Origin: Octopus sinensis
Lineage: Eukaryota
Direction of reading: 5' to 3'
NCBI RefSeq assembly: GCF_006345805.1
Contig: NW_021832067.1
Location: 1 to 33,727 of the forward strand
Length of the DNA: 33,727 nucleotides
Below the pieces are notes generated by a model. It did no database searches, was not told the origin of the DNA, and saw only the letters and a program-made list of their open reading frames with translations. The position numbers were made by a program, and so were the translations under genes. Position 1 is the first letter of the stretch. Every line of letters starts with the position of its first letter. Of this stretch, positions 21,243-32,971 are shown one piece after another.

Positions 21243-21273
<31 letters not shown>

Positions 21274-21545
21274 TGTATGTATGTATGTATGTATGTATGT
21301 ATGTATTGCTGTTACTCTTGTTATTGTCATTGGTCGTCATTGTTGTTGTTGTTGCTGTTTAACCCTAGTTCAGTCCAGATGGAGCCGAACAGATCCTCCT
21401 CGTCTTTTTATTCTGTGTCTATTGTGTCTACATTATTCAATAAGTCCTTTTTCAAAAAACAAAAATAGTTCAAACTCTTAATGTAAAAGAAGGATGTTTA
21501 AGCAGCTTTATACCAATCCGTTTCAACACCTACCATAGGAACTAT

Positions 21546-21848
21546 GTGGAGGCACATGGCCTGGTGGTTAGAGCAGCAGACTCGCGGTCGAGAGATCGCG
21601 GGTTCGAATCTCAGACCGGGCGATGTGTGTGTTTATGAGCGAAACACCTAAGCTCCACGCGGCTCCGGCAGAAGGTAATGGCGAACTTCTGCTGACTCTT
21701 TCGCCACAACTTTCTCTCAATCTTTCCTCCTGCATCTTGCAGCTCACCTGCGACGGACCTGAGTCCCGTCCAGGTGGTGAACCTATACGCCAAAGAAACC
21801 GGGAAACCGGCCCTTATGAGCCAGGCATGGCTTGAGAAGGAACAAACA
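21546..21848 (+). mobile_element. tRNA(Arg-like) SINE, family D, tail type 2
   Basis: GTGGAGGCACATGGCCTGGTGGTTAGAGC...GGGTTCGAATC; body CCTGCGACGGAC...CCCGTCCAGG...GAAACCGGGAAACCGG; ends GAAGGAACAAACA. Confidence 0.9.
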
Positions 21849-22754
21849 TATAGACACTATGCCATACTGTAGAGATAGTCATGTATGGATTTGTTACACC
21901 ATGCACTCACTAATTGCATTTACCTTTTATTTTTGTTTTTTAACGACCTTTATCGATTACAAATCGATTTGTTTTGTTTTTTCTTTTGCTTTTTATTCCA
22001 TTTTTTTAGTGGGGTTTTTTTCTAGGAAGAGATGCTTTGATATATATTTCTACGCTTTATATGTTTCATTTGTGTTTTATAGAATTCACTAGTTTTCCTC
22101 GTTTTCTTTATTTTGTTTTGTTTCGTTTTTTTTTCCTTTTTTTTTTTGTCCTAGCTACTGCATATTTAACTGCGCCTTTGTTTGACCCAATAAATATTTC
22201 TTGAGTCAAAGCACAGCTGACGTTCAGCAGTCAATGGAAAAAACCGCTAGGAACTGTGAACTTAATATATTTAGTTCAATTATTAACTTCATTTTTTTCT
22301 CTCCCTGTCATACACACCCTCTCTATCTCTTTCAAAACCCCAACCTTTCTCTTGCTCTCCATCAATTTCTCTCAATAGATCCAATCTTGTGAGTTATTGT
22401 ACGGGTGATAATTTATAATCGATTCATGAATAGATCTCGTGGTACGGCGTGGTATGATATGGTATGAAGTACAGCATTGTTCTATTTGTATGGTATGGTG
22501 ACCTTTTGTTCTGTTGCGGTTGTGATGTCACTTGCTATAACATTAAAGTATTATATATGTACTGTAACATTGCTGTGATGATGTGTGGTTTCTTGTGACA
22601 TAGTTGTGTACTATGCTCTTCCTCTTTTGTTTGGTACACTTTATTGTCAATGTGGAGTGGTAGAGTACTTTGATGAGGTAAACTGCGATACCATGTAGAT
22701 TTGTAGTGATGTATATATAGAATAGAGTGGTAATGAGTGAAATGTTGATGCATT

Positions 22755-23133
22755 CTTTTCTACTCCAGGCACAAGGCACGAAATTTTTAGGGAGGGAGCT
22801 AGTCGATTAGATCGACCCCAGTACTGGTACTTAATTTGTCGACCCCGAAAGGATGAAAGTCGACCTCGGCGGAATTTGAACTCAGAACGTAAAGACAGAC
22901 GAAATACCTGTTTCTTTACTACCCACAGGGGGCTAAATACAGAGAGGACAAACAAGGACAGACAAAGGTATTAAGTCGATTATATCGACCCCAGTACGCA
23001 ACTGGTACTTAATTTATCGACCACGAAAGGATGAAAGGCAAAGTCGACCTCGGCGGAATTTGAACTCAGAACGTAGCGGTAGACGCTAAGCATTTCACCC
23101 GGCGTGCTAACGTTTCTGCCAGCTTGCCGACCT
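22755..23133 (-). mobile_element. Family-A SINE dimer (one head, two bodies with different tails) with TSD
   Basis: TSD AAATGTTGATGCATT (22740-22754) / AAACGTTGATGTATT (23135-23149), 13/15 match. Confidence 0.88.
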
Positions 23134-23194
23134 AAAACGTTGATGTATTAAATGAGTGAAATGCTGAGTGGACGTATGGCATGTTATTGTGTAT

Positions 23195-23507
23195 TACTGG
23201 CACTCCATTGGGTACAACAAGAGTTCCAGTTGATGCGATCGACGGAACAGCCTGCTAGTGAAATTAACGCGCAAGTGGCTGAGCACTCCACAGACATGCG
23301 TACCCTTAGTGTAGTGCTCTGGGAGATTCAGCGTGATACAGAATATGACAAAGCTGGCCCTTTGATTTACAGGAACAACTTATGAGAGAATTGAAGCAAC
23401 GTGAAATAAAATGTGTTTCAATAAGACACAATGTACCGCCAGATAACGAACTCACAAGCTTACGATCTTGAGCCGAACATCCTAACCACGTAGCCACGCA
23501 CCTTCAT
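23195..23507 (-). mobile_element. Family-E SINE
   Basis: Reverse of the 9681-9995 body plus reverse head CTAACCACGTAGCCACGCACCTTCA. Confidence 0.75.
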
Positions 23508-24679
23508 TCGTGTATTAGTACATACTGAGATAAGGTATGATTCTCTGTCGTGGCATGTTATGCGTTATTATGTATTGCTATGTCACCCTTAAACCAGCTC
23601 TGTTTGAGCAGACCCATGGCAGTAGGTAACTAGTCGAATACATGAATGAGCTGTATAGTGTGAAGTTGTGAGTTATTGTGTGGAATGGTATTGTGAGGTG
23701 TGTTATACAGTATGGTGTGTAAACTAAACACTAAACACTTAAACTAACAATCATATAGTTGTTGTGTTGCGAATCTCTGAGGTACAGGTTTCATATGTTT
23801 ATTTCACTTCGTACTTCTGGTTTCCATCTGTATTCAATAATCTGGAGCAGTCTTCGGGCAAACTAGGAAAACTACGGCTCATTGGACTTTCTAAATGGCT
23901 TACCTAAAGAAAGGTTACCTTGAATTTTTTTCTTAGTAGTGTTGCCTCCTTGATGATAAGCCATGTCTCATGTGACCCACTTCTCGAGAAAGGTTGCCCA
24001 TGCCTGACCTGGAGTCTGATGAAAAGTCCTCTACCAAAATCATTTGTTCATGGACGCCACCGAAATTAGTCTTCAGTGTTGACCCAATGACACTTTAAGG
24101 GTCACAGAATATTTTCCTTTCTAACGTTACCTATGGCGGTGAATTGTGCCTCTTGCCAGTATTTTCAAGCGAACTCTTTACTCTTAAGTCAGTAGATCCA
24201 AGTTTCCAACTTTCAAGCAAGTTATCTAATATCAGTTCTTGAACCTTTTCAGTGAATAACCGACATTATGTCTCTCTCCGGTTGAGAAAACGTTCAGATA
24301 TTTTTGTCCTTAATTTATCTAATTTATCTGCAAACCGACTTCTCGTCTCGCCAGTCCTTTCAAAATCCTAAAATAAGTGATTTTAGAATTAATAATTAAC
24401 GCGAACGACGAGTGCTGTAAGGAAAAAAACCTTGCTTGTCGATATTGTATCTCAACTTCATTTCCCAGTTGCATTTTATTTACCTTGATAATACCGTTGG
24501 GAAAAGTACTTTCCTACGCTTCATTTCCCCTATAATATAAACCATTAATGTACTACCAAAGAAATATCTAAAAATACACTTAAAGTCATAAGTAATTGAA
24601 GCTATTCAGTAGCAATAAGCTGACGGCAATCTAAGTTTGCAATGATACGATTTCAACTTCGTGTTTTTTACAGTCATAG

Positions 24680-25240
24680 TGAAGACATGGTCTGATGGTT
24701 AGGGGGCTTCTGAGTAAGGCGGCGAGCTGGCAGAATCGTTAGCATGCCGGGCGAAATGCTTAGCGGTATTTCGTCTGCCGTTACGTTCTGAGTTCAAATT
24801 CTGCCGAGGTCGACTTTGCCTTTCATCCTTTCGGGGTCGATTAAATAAGTACCAGTTACGCACTGGGGTCGATGTAATCGACTTAATCGATTTGTCTGTC
24901 CTTGTTTGTCCTCTCTGTGTTTAGTCCCTTGTGGGTAATAAAGAAATAGGTATTTCGTCTGCCGTTACGTTCTGAGTTCAAATTCCGCCGAGGTCGACTT
25001 TGCCTTTCGGGGTCGATTAAATAAGTACCAGTTACGCACTGGGGTCGATGTAATCGACTTAATCCGTTTGTCTGTCCTTGTTTGTCCTCTCTGTGTTTAG
25101 CCCCTTGCGAGTAGTAAAGAAATAGGTTAAGGGCTTCATGACCATCAGATCAGGAGTTCAATTCTTGGGTCGGTATCTTTTTTTTCTTTTACTCTTAAAC
25201 AAGACACTTCATTCCACATTGTTCCAGTCTGCCCGGCAGC
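24680..25240 (+). mobile_element. Old CORE-type SINE interrupted by a family-A dimer
   Basis: GTGAAGACATGGTCTGATGGTT... resumes after 25126 with GGAGTTCAATTC and AAACAAGACACTTCATTCCAC. Confidence 0.55.
24717..25126 (+). mobile_element. Family-A SINE dimer (one head, two bodies, period 184)
   Basis: TATTTCGTCTG at 24767 and 24951; imperfect ~17-bp TSD GGTTAGGGGGCTTCTGA / GGTTAAGGGCTTCATGA. Confidence 0.92.
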
Positions 25241-25760
25241 AATGAGTACTAACCGAATTCCGGTGCAACACTTTCTCCTCACAAGCCGTCATATCCTGTT
25301 TTGTTTCTGCGGACTCAAGGGTGAAGAGGGCCGACAGATTGCATTACTTTGCTTACGACTACACAGGCACCTACAACAATTAGCAAAAGCATGGTACATG
25401 TTCCACCACAATGTCCATCCCTTGTTGCGGTGATGTAGCTTGCATGCCCCAGGGATAGCGGAGTGCAAGCTCAAGGTTAGGGTCTCCCATGCTGTACAAG
25501 TCAAAGGATAGGGGCCAGACTAACATGAACCGTGTGTTCCCTGAGTTAAAATGGGTTTGCAAAGGACCAACAGAAGCAAGATCAGGGAGAGGAAGCCCTT
25601 TCTTACCAAAATAGGGAAACATTAGTAAAAGACAGTCGATATCAGTGGAGGAAAATCGTCGATAGCCTATACTCCAGAGGGACGAAGAGCTTCAGTAAGT
25701 TCTAAGAAAGTATGGTACATGCTACTAGTTCATACTAGCTCGAGAGTGACAACTGCTATA

Positions 25761-25904
25761 CAATAATGCCTCGATATACGAGTTAATTCATTCTTGGAGA
25801 ACACACGTAAAGTGAAAAACTCGTTAACAGAAAATAAAACTCGTAAAGACTCGTAAACCGAGAGAGACTCGTAAAACGAGTCCCCGTAAAGCGAGGTATT
25901 ACTC
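25761..25904. mobile_element. Small pogo/Tigger-like MITE
   Basis: TA|CAATAATGCCTCG ... CGAGGTATTACTC|TA imperfect TIRs; internal ACTCGTAAA repeats. Confidence 0.5.
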
Positions 25905-26705
25905 TACTCCGACAGACGAACAACAAACAATCAGTGTGAATGGTTGTAAGTTTTTAGTGAATCGAGCGATCGACCATGACTTACTTTCAATTCCCAGCAG
26001 GAATCGATCTTTTTTTGTTTATATACTATAGCTTACCGCCCAGTTCTTGCCTTTCAAAAGCCCCAATCAATAATCGATTTTTTTAAAGATTTGTTGCACT
26101 TGATACATTAAGCATTAGTAAGATTCCCATTAACTGCACCGGTTTTCTTAACTAGTTAAACATACACGATTTAGTTTCACTGGATTCATTTCTAATTAAT
26201 TGAAAATAACAATAATTCGGTAAATAATTGAAGTGAAGTTTTAACTGATGTGTTATTACGTTGTTCCAGCATGTTCACGGACCAATAGGTAGGCCCAAAA
26301 ACAAAAGAGTAAAAAGAACTAAGTCTCTCTTTGTAAATAGTCTTCTAAAAAGGTTTGGTTCTCAGTCGAGGTTTAAGTTGTTAAGAGGCTTCAAAACTGC
26401 TTAAACGTCTACTAACATGAAAGAAAAAATAAGTGCTAATTTGTTGGATCAATACTAAAGACATTGCTTTTATGTAATGATTCAGTCTGTTTATTAGATG
26501 TCTACGGCTAGCTTAACTTACAGGGGAATTCTGTAATGCGGTACGCTAAAATTCATGTAGTCCCTTTGGTTTTTATACCAGTAAAACTGTACCTCACATG
26601 ACACCTCTTTACAGCTTGATGGTTTGAGTCGCTATATACTGCGTTATTATTAGCATTGCCTTATCACTAGCATTGTGCAATGCTAGTTATAGGTCACTGA
26701 ACCAC

Positions 26706-27536
26706 AACCAGCTTGACCTCTCAACCAGCTTGATCCCCTCAATCAGCTTGACCTCTCAACCAGCTTGATCCCATCAATCAGCTTGACCTCTCAACCAGCT
26801 TGATCCCCTCAACCAGCTTGACCTCTCAACCAGCTTGATCCCCTCAACCAGCTTGACCTCTCAACCAGCTTGATCCCCTCAATTAGCTTGACCTCTCAAC
26901 CAGCTTGATCCCCTCAATCAGCTTGTCCCCTCAATCAGCTTGACCTCTCAACCAGCTTGATCCCCTCAACCAGCTTGACCTCTCAACCAGCTTGATCCCC
27001 TCAATCAGCTTGACCTCTCAACCAGCTTGATCCCCTCAATTAGCTTGACCTCTCAACCAGCTTGATCCCCTCAACCAGCTTGACCTCTCAACCAGCTTGA
27101 TCCCCTCAACCAGCTTGACCTCTCAACCAGCTTGATCCCCTCAACCAGCTTGACCTCTCAACCAGCTTGATCCCCTCAATCAGCTTGACCTCTCAACCAG
27201 CTTGATCCCCTCAATCAGCTTGTCCCCTCAATCAGCTTGACCTCTCAACCAGCTTGATCCCCTCAACCAGCTTGACCTCTCAACCAGCTTGATCCCCTCA
27301 ATTAGCTTGACCTCTCAACCAGCTTGATCCCCTCAACCAGCTTGACCTCTCAACCAGCTTGATCCCCTCAATCAGCTTGACCTCTCAACCAGCTTGATCC
27401 CCTCAATTAGCTTGATCTCTCAACCAGCTTGATCCCCTCAACCAGCTTGACCTCTCAACCAGCTTGATCCCCTCAACCAGCTTGATCTCTCAACCAGCTT
27501 GATCCCCTCAACCAGCTTGACCTCTCAACCAGCTTG
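26706..27536. repeat. Minisatellite of alternating 17-bp and 18-bp units (35-bp dimer), ~47 monomers
   Basis: AACCAGCTTGACCTCTC / AACCAGCTTGATCCCCTC with AATC, AATT and TTGTCCCC variants. Confidence 0.97.
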
Positions 27537-27576
27537 TTGGTGTCTTATCAATTAGGGCAATTGCTATTCTCAAAAT

Positions 27577-27826
27577 GTGAGGCGCGTGGCTTAATGGTTA
27601 AGGTGTTGGACTCATAATCGTAAGATTGTAGTTTCGATTCCTAGGCCTAACAATGCGTTGTGTTCTTGAGCAAAACACTTCATTTCACATTGCTGCAGTC
27701 CATTCTGCTGGCAGAATTGAGTAATCCTGCGACGGACCGGTGTCCCCTCCTGGTGGGGAATATATATACTCCCTAAAACCGGGAAACCGACCCTTATAAG
27801 TCGGCATGATTCGAGAAGGTAACTTT
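27577..27826 (+). mobile_element. tRNA/CORE-type SINE with a family-D type-2-like 3' half
   Basis: GTGAGGCGCGTGGCTTAATGGTTAAGG, TTCGATTCC, TTCTTGAGCAAAACACTT, CCTGCGACGGACCGGTGTCCC, AAAACCGGGAAACCG. Confidence 0.8.
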
Positions 27827-27940
27827 TTATCATTCGCAAAATGAAAAAGAACTGAGATAGTTTATCACGTTTTGTCTCGAGTTAACTTAAGATTCGCTTC
27901 GATTTAACTGTGTATTAACTTCCTTCTTAATTAAATTGAT

Positions 27941-28240
27941 GTGGAGGCGCAATGTCCCATGGGTTAGGGCAGCGAACTCGCGGTCGGAGGATCGCAGTTT
28001 CGATTCCCAGACCGGGCGTTGTGTGTGTTTATTGAGCGAAAACACTTAAAGCTCCACGGGGCTCCGGCAGAGGTGGTGGCAACCACTGTTGTACTCTTTC
28101 GCCACAACTTTCTCTCACTCTCTCTTCCTGTTTCTTGAGTAACGCTGTGAGGGATTGGCGTCCCGTCCAGCTAGGGGGAACACATATGCCACAGAAACCG
28201 AGAAACTGGGCCCATGAGCCTGCCTAGTCTTGAAAAGCGC
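27941..28240 (+). mobile_element. Family-D SINE
   Basis: GTGGAGGCGCAATG...ACTCGCGGTCGGAGGATCGC...TTCGATTCCCAGACCGGGCG; GGATTGGCGTCCCGTCCAG...GAAACCGAGAAACTGGG. Confidence 0.88.
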
Positions 28241-28444
28241 GACGTTTATAGTTTATTTAATTAAATGGATAGTCATATACTGATAATTGTCTTAACAACA
28301 AGGGAGGTAAATGGCAAAGTTAATTGCATTAAAATTCGAACTCGGAATACAGGGGAAGAAAACTAAAAATCTTAATGCATTTAAACAGGGTTTTCTTAAT
28401 CTCAGCCCCTTCCATTCTCTTGTATTATATATTCATTAAGTTGA

Positions 28445-28640
28445 TGGATCAGCAAAATCCTTAGGACGTCGGTCAAAATGGTAGAAGATATTTCTGCCGA
28501 CTCTTTACATTCTGGGTTCAAACTCTACCGAGGTCACCAATATCTTTCATTATTCAGGGGTCGATAAAACAAAGTACCAGTCAATTACAAGAACCAGTGT
28601 CAATTTAATCAACTTGTCTCTTCCTCTAAATTTCTGCGCC
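28445..28640 (+). mobile_element. Degenerate family-A SINE
   Basis: GGGTTCAAACTCTACCGAGGTC...GGGGTCGATAAAACAAAGTACCAG. Confidence 0.6.
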
Positions 28641-29139
28641 CCCCACTACCACCACTACGCACATTAGATTTAACTGCATAATCATTTGTGAAACACGAGT
28701 TTTCTCTAAGTAGACGTAGCTATTTCAAGGGAGATAATAATTTCTTCATAATATTTGGTGGGATTACATATCTGAATGTGAAATTAAGAAATTATTAAAA
28801 AATGCATAGAATTTGCAGATTTATTTTTACTGTTGTTGGTTATTTACTATGAAGTTTTTAAAATGTCTAAATATAAAGGGACAATTTCTTGGCAGGGGAG
28901 TGTAATTAGCAGAAGTAATTCTAACAAATTAACGATACATATTTTATTTACTTATCCAGTTGTCTCCGAAGATATCTGAAGTTTGAACAAACAGAAACAA
29001 ATGCAGTAAAAGATTTTAGGTGATCTACGTTGCTGCCTTTCCACTGCCGTTTTCAATGGGAATCTCATGGAATCTCAGGAACTGATGACGTCACACCACA
29101 AAACCGAAATAAAAAAAACCATCGCTGACATTATCGTTT

Positions 29140-29340
29140 ATCTTTTACTTGTTTCAGTTATTGGACCACGGCCATACTGGGGCACCGCTTTGAACGATTG
29201 TAGTTGAACACATCGACTCCAGTACTCATTTAAAAAAATTCTGGTACTTATTCTATCGAACTCCAGAATATGTGAATGTAAACAAACCAACACCAGTTAT
29301 CAAGGGGGTGAGAACAAATACTAACACAAATACCAACACA
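29140..29340 (-). mobile_element. Degenerate family-B tail
   Basis: TTTTACTTGTTTCAGTT...GGCCATACTGGGGCACCGC. Confidence 0.65.
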
Positions 29341-29579
29341 CATATTATATATATATATGTGTTTGTGTGTGTGTGTGTGTGTGTATAATTGAAGGGCAAT
29401 AGCTATTCCTCCCTTAGACTGGTTTTGGTTCGGGAGGATCTTTCTGGAGCTAATCGAAGAACGGAGATTCCCATGCTTGCAGCGGGTAGCGTCTGAAATG
29501 GCTGCAGGCACTGTATACTTCTTGGCGAGAGTTCAGTAATCCTGGTTTAAGGGAGTCTTTGAGAATCCTTGCTCACTCA

Positions 29580-29740
29580 TACGATATCAAGTGGAAGATC
29601 ATAGAGCGGCCGGATCCTACATTAAGGGGAGCGGACACTGCAAACTTTACTTAGCTGAGCGAGCAAGGATCCTAGCTGGTTTTTGTTATAACGTTTCGTA
29701 TCCGGGATGCCTAATGTAAACAAGAACGAGGTCGAATACG
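29580..29740 (+). pseudogene. Penelope-like element GIY-YIG endonuclease C-terminal relic
   Basis: YDIKWKIIER/(1-bp deletion)GSYIKGSGHCKLYLAERARIL resembles the PLE motif (Y/F)xIxWxI+xRAxxY...xCxLCLxEKxxI. Confidence 0.55.
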
Positions 29741-30799
29741 AAGACTAGGTAATGGGAATATATGCTATTTCTAGGGAGTTTTTGCTCCCCCCATTGGATA
29801 GTATAAAATAGTCTGCAGTACGCTATGCCTGAAAAAGGAGACTGGATGGTCACGGATAGAATTCCTTGATTACACGTTTGCTCAGTCACGGGACTAAAGT
29901 GTAAAACGCAACACTAATTGCTCCATACTCTCAAATAATATGTAAGTCACACTATCCTTTCTTATCTAATGTGTTATCAGTTTAAAATCTTATCTTCGTG
30001 CAGTATGTCTTTATCAAGCAAGCCAAGTTGAACACATTTATTCTCCGGGTTATTAACTACAGTCGTAAATAATAGACACATGAAATAAACGAGGTAAAAT
30101 GGCTCGCCTTGAAAATATACTTTACTCATCTGAAACTCAACACCACTCTCCTGCACTCTCCCCTGCGACATTATATACTGTTACGCTACCTTACTCTCCT
30201 ATATTTTAATATTACTAAATGTATGCAGGCAGTGGAGTGGAAGAATTGTCAGAGCCTTGGGCAAATATCTCACAATATTTGTTCTGAGACCTGATTCCCG
30301 AGTTCAAATTCCAACAAGAAGATACTTCGGACGATATTATCGTTTTTCACTAATTGCAAAATTTCTGGCTTAATGTTCACGTTCGAAATTAATCAATATC
30401 ATTTTGCTGCGGCCTACGTATATACCGCGTTTACTATGGAACGAAACCGGAAATCTAATCTATTATGGATACATTTATATTAATTATTCATAAGACAACC
30501 TACTGATAAATATTTAAAATGATCCAGAAGCTCGCTTAACAACTTCGAGATTCCAGGTTCGAGCCATACATTGTGAGTGAATTTGGGTAAACGGAAAACT
30601 GTAGAGACCTACCGGGTGGATTACACCTGTAATTCGGATGGCACGGGCTTCGAGGAGTACCCTAAGGGTACGCGCACGTCTGTGAAATTATACAATATTT
30701 TGCGCATCATTTCAGAAAGGATTGTTTCAGAATTGGGTTATTCAGATGGTCGACCAATTGAGTCGTTGTCGATAGAGATACACTACCGCTACCATACGC

Positions 30800-30820
30800 A
30801 TGTGTGTGCGTGAGAACGTG

Positions 30821-30851
<31 letters not shown>

Positions 30852-31270
30852 TGTGTGTGTGTGTGTGCGTGTGCGTGTGTGTGTATGGGTGTGTGTGTGT
30901 ATGTGTATCCATGTGTGTGTATGTGTGCTTGTGTGTACGCGTGTATGCGTGTGTGTGTATGTGTGCTTGTGTGTGTGTGTACGCGTGTATGCATGTGTGT
31001 GTATGTGTGTGTACGCGCTTATGCGTGTGTGTGCATGTGTGCGTGAGTCCGTGTGTGTGTGCTTGCGTCTGTGTGCGCATGTGCATGTGTATATGCGTGT
31101 TTATGTGTGCGTGTATGTGCGTGTGAGTGGATGTGTGGGTGGGTGTATGTGTATGTGTGTATTCGTGTGTGTGTATGTGTGTGCGTGTGTATATGTGTAT
31201 GCGTGTTTGTGCGCGCGTGTGTGTGTGTATGTGTGTGTGTGCGCGCGCGTGTGTGTGTGTGTGTGTGTTC
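30800..31270. repeat. Degenerate (TG)n-rich tract
   Basis: Direct reading; source of the CV/HT-rich ORFs. Confidence 0.95.
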
Positions 31271-31785
31271 GCGAATCACACACCATGCAGTACTGGGAAA
31301 CAAGTAAACACATTTGATAACGTAATGCTAGATATACTTCTAATAAACGATAAGGTGGTCACGGCTGGTGCGTTTAGAACATAGCACTTGCTCAGTCAGG
31401 TCTGTCCCGGGTTTAAACAGTAACTAAACTGACGTCAGCTGTAACATAAATATAACAGAAAAATAGGGGTAACAAGCTGTTACTCGATCTGCCTGGACAA
31501 AGATCTTATTGACTTCTACTAAGCAAATACAAACAGAGATTTACAAGTTAAGATGGAAGAACCATCGAATTGATGATGTACATGGTTTTTTTTCTTTTTT
31601 TCCTTTTTTTTTTTTTTTACTCTTTCTTTGTTACTTCGAAACAAAAGCAAATCGATACGCCACTAAATAAGATCAAATTTACGTATAGAAAAGAACTTTT
31701 TATTATTTTTTTAACGATTTATTTCTTACATAGGTATGTAACCTCGTTTCTTGATTGCGTCAATAAGACGTCAGAATCATATATA

Positions 31786-32399
31786 TATTTCTTTACTACG
31801 CACAAAGGGGCTAAACACAGAGGGGACAAACAAGGACAGACAGACAAACGGATTAAGTCGATTATATGAACCCCAGTGCGTAATTGGTACTTAATTTATC
31901 GACCCCGAAAGGATGAAAGGCAAAGTCGACCTCGGTGGAATTTGAACTCAGAACGTAGCGGCAGACGAAATACCCATTTCTTTATTACCCACAAGGGGCT
32001 AAACACAGAGGGGACAAACAAGGACAGACAGACAAACGGATTAAGTCGATTACATCGACCCCAGTGCGTAACTGGTACTTAATTTATCGAGCCCGAGAGG
32101 ATGAAAGGCAAAGTCGACCTCGGCGGAATTTGAACTCAGAACGTAAAGACAGACGAAATAGCTATTTCTTTACTACCCACAAGGGGCTAAACACAGAGGG
32201 GACAAACAAGGACAGACAGACAAACGGATTAAGTCGATTACATCGACCCCAGTGCGTAACTGGTACTTAATTTATCGATCCCGAAAGGATGAAAGGCAAA
32301 GTCGACCTCGGCGGAATTTGAACCCAGAACGTGACTTCAGACGAAATACGGCTACGCATTTCGCCCGGCGTGCTAACGTTTCTGCCAGCTCGCCGCCTT
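31786..32399 (-). mobile_element. Family-A SINE trimer (one head, three 188-bp bodies) with perfect 16-bp TSD
   Basis: GGGGCTAAACAC at 31807, 31995, 32183; TSD ACGTCAGAATCATATA at 31768-31783 and 32400-32415. Confidence 0.95.
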
Positions 32400-32623
32400 A
32401 CGTCAGAATCATATAGCTCAATCAAACGCCTTCCTATGTTTTCTTTTCTGCCGCTACCAGCATTGATCTGTGCTCTGTGTCTGTAGTCAAAGAACGTTAA
32501 CTAGAAACGACTATGTCTACCTTGGTGAAATATGAGAAGCATGGCATCAGGTGCTACAGATCACCGCCTTAATTCTTTAACATTCAGATCACTCCATCAT
32601 CAAGTATCATTTATCATTGATCA

Positions 32624-32900
32624 CCGGTGTAGGTTTGTTTATGTCCCCGCAACCTAGCGGCTCGGCAAACGACACCGATATAATAGTACTAGAAACTCCT
32701 TTCGGTCATTAGACTGCGGCCATGCCGAAGAATCATCTTGAAGAATTTCTTTTAGTAGAATGAATCGATTCCAATACTTATTTTCGTTTTTACACCCTGG
32801 TACCTATTGTATTGGTATCGTTTGCCAAGCCGCTAGGTTGCTGGGACATAAACACATCTACATCGGTTGTCAAGTGGTGGTGAGGGACAAACACGAACAC
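32624..32900. mobile_element. Two oppositely oriented family-B tail fragments
   Basis: Plus copy 32624-32689 and minus copy ~32700-32900 share the GCAACCTAGCGG variant. Confidence 0.65.
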
Positions 32901-32936
32901 AAAGGTACATAAATGGTGATGAATATATATATGTGC

Positions 32937-32969
<33 letters not shown>

Positions 32970-32971
32970 TA

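Noticed and set aside
21546-21625. Functional tRNA-Arg gene (likewise at 27941 and 3830-3902)
   Set aside because: A/B boxes are present, but the acceptor stem is not reconstructable and the sequence runs into SINE bodies.
23988-24006. hAT-like terminus GGTTGCCCATGCCTG (also CAGTGTTTCTCAAA at ~17027)
   Set aside because: No partner TIR or 8-bp TSD found.
25665-25705. RTE-like 3' end GCCTATACTCCAGAGGGACGAAGAG...AGTAAGT
   Set aside because: The upstream sequence gave no RT-like peptide, and I could not establish linkage to the SINE head at 24680.
26706-27536. CRISPR-like array
   Set aside because: No unique spacers, eukaryotic context and no cas genes.
29945-30100. Possible host exon (pyrimidine tract + AG on either strand; peptides LKSYLRAVCLYQASQVEHIYSPGY* or NNPENKCVQLGLLDKDILHEDKILN*)
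   Set aside because: No recognisable homology, and both readings stop quickly; RNA-seq would be needed.
15504-32270. Recurrent MRNWYLIYRPRKDERQSRPRRNLNSER ORFs (15504, 15769, 20985, 31876, 32064)
   Set aside because: They are antisense readings of family-A SINE copies, starting at GTG and with variable ends.
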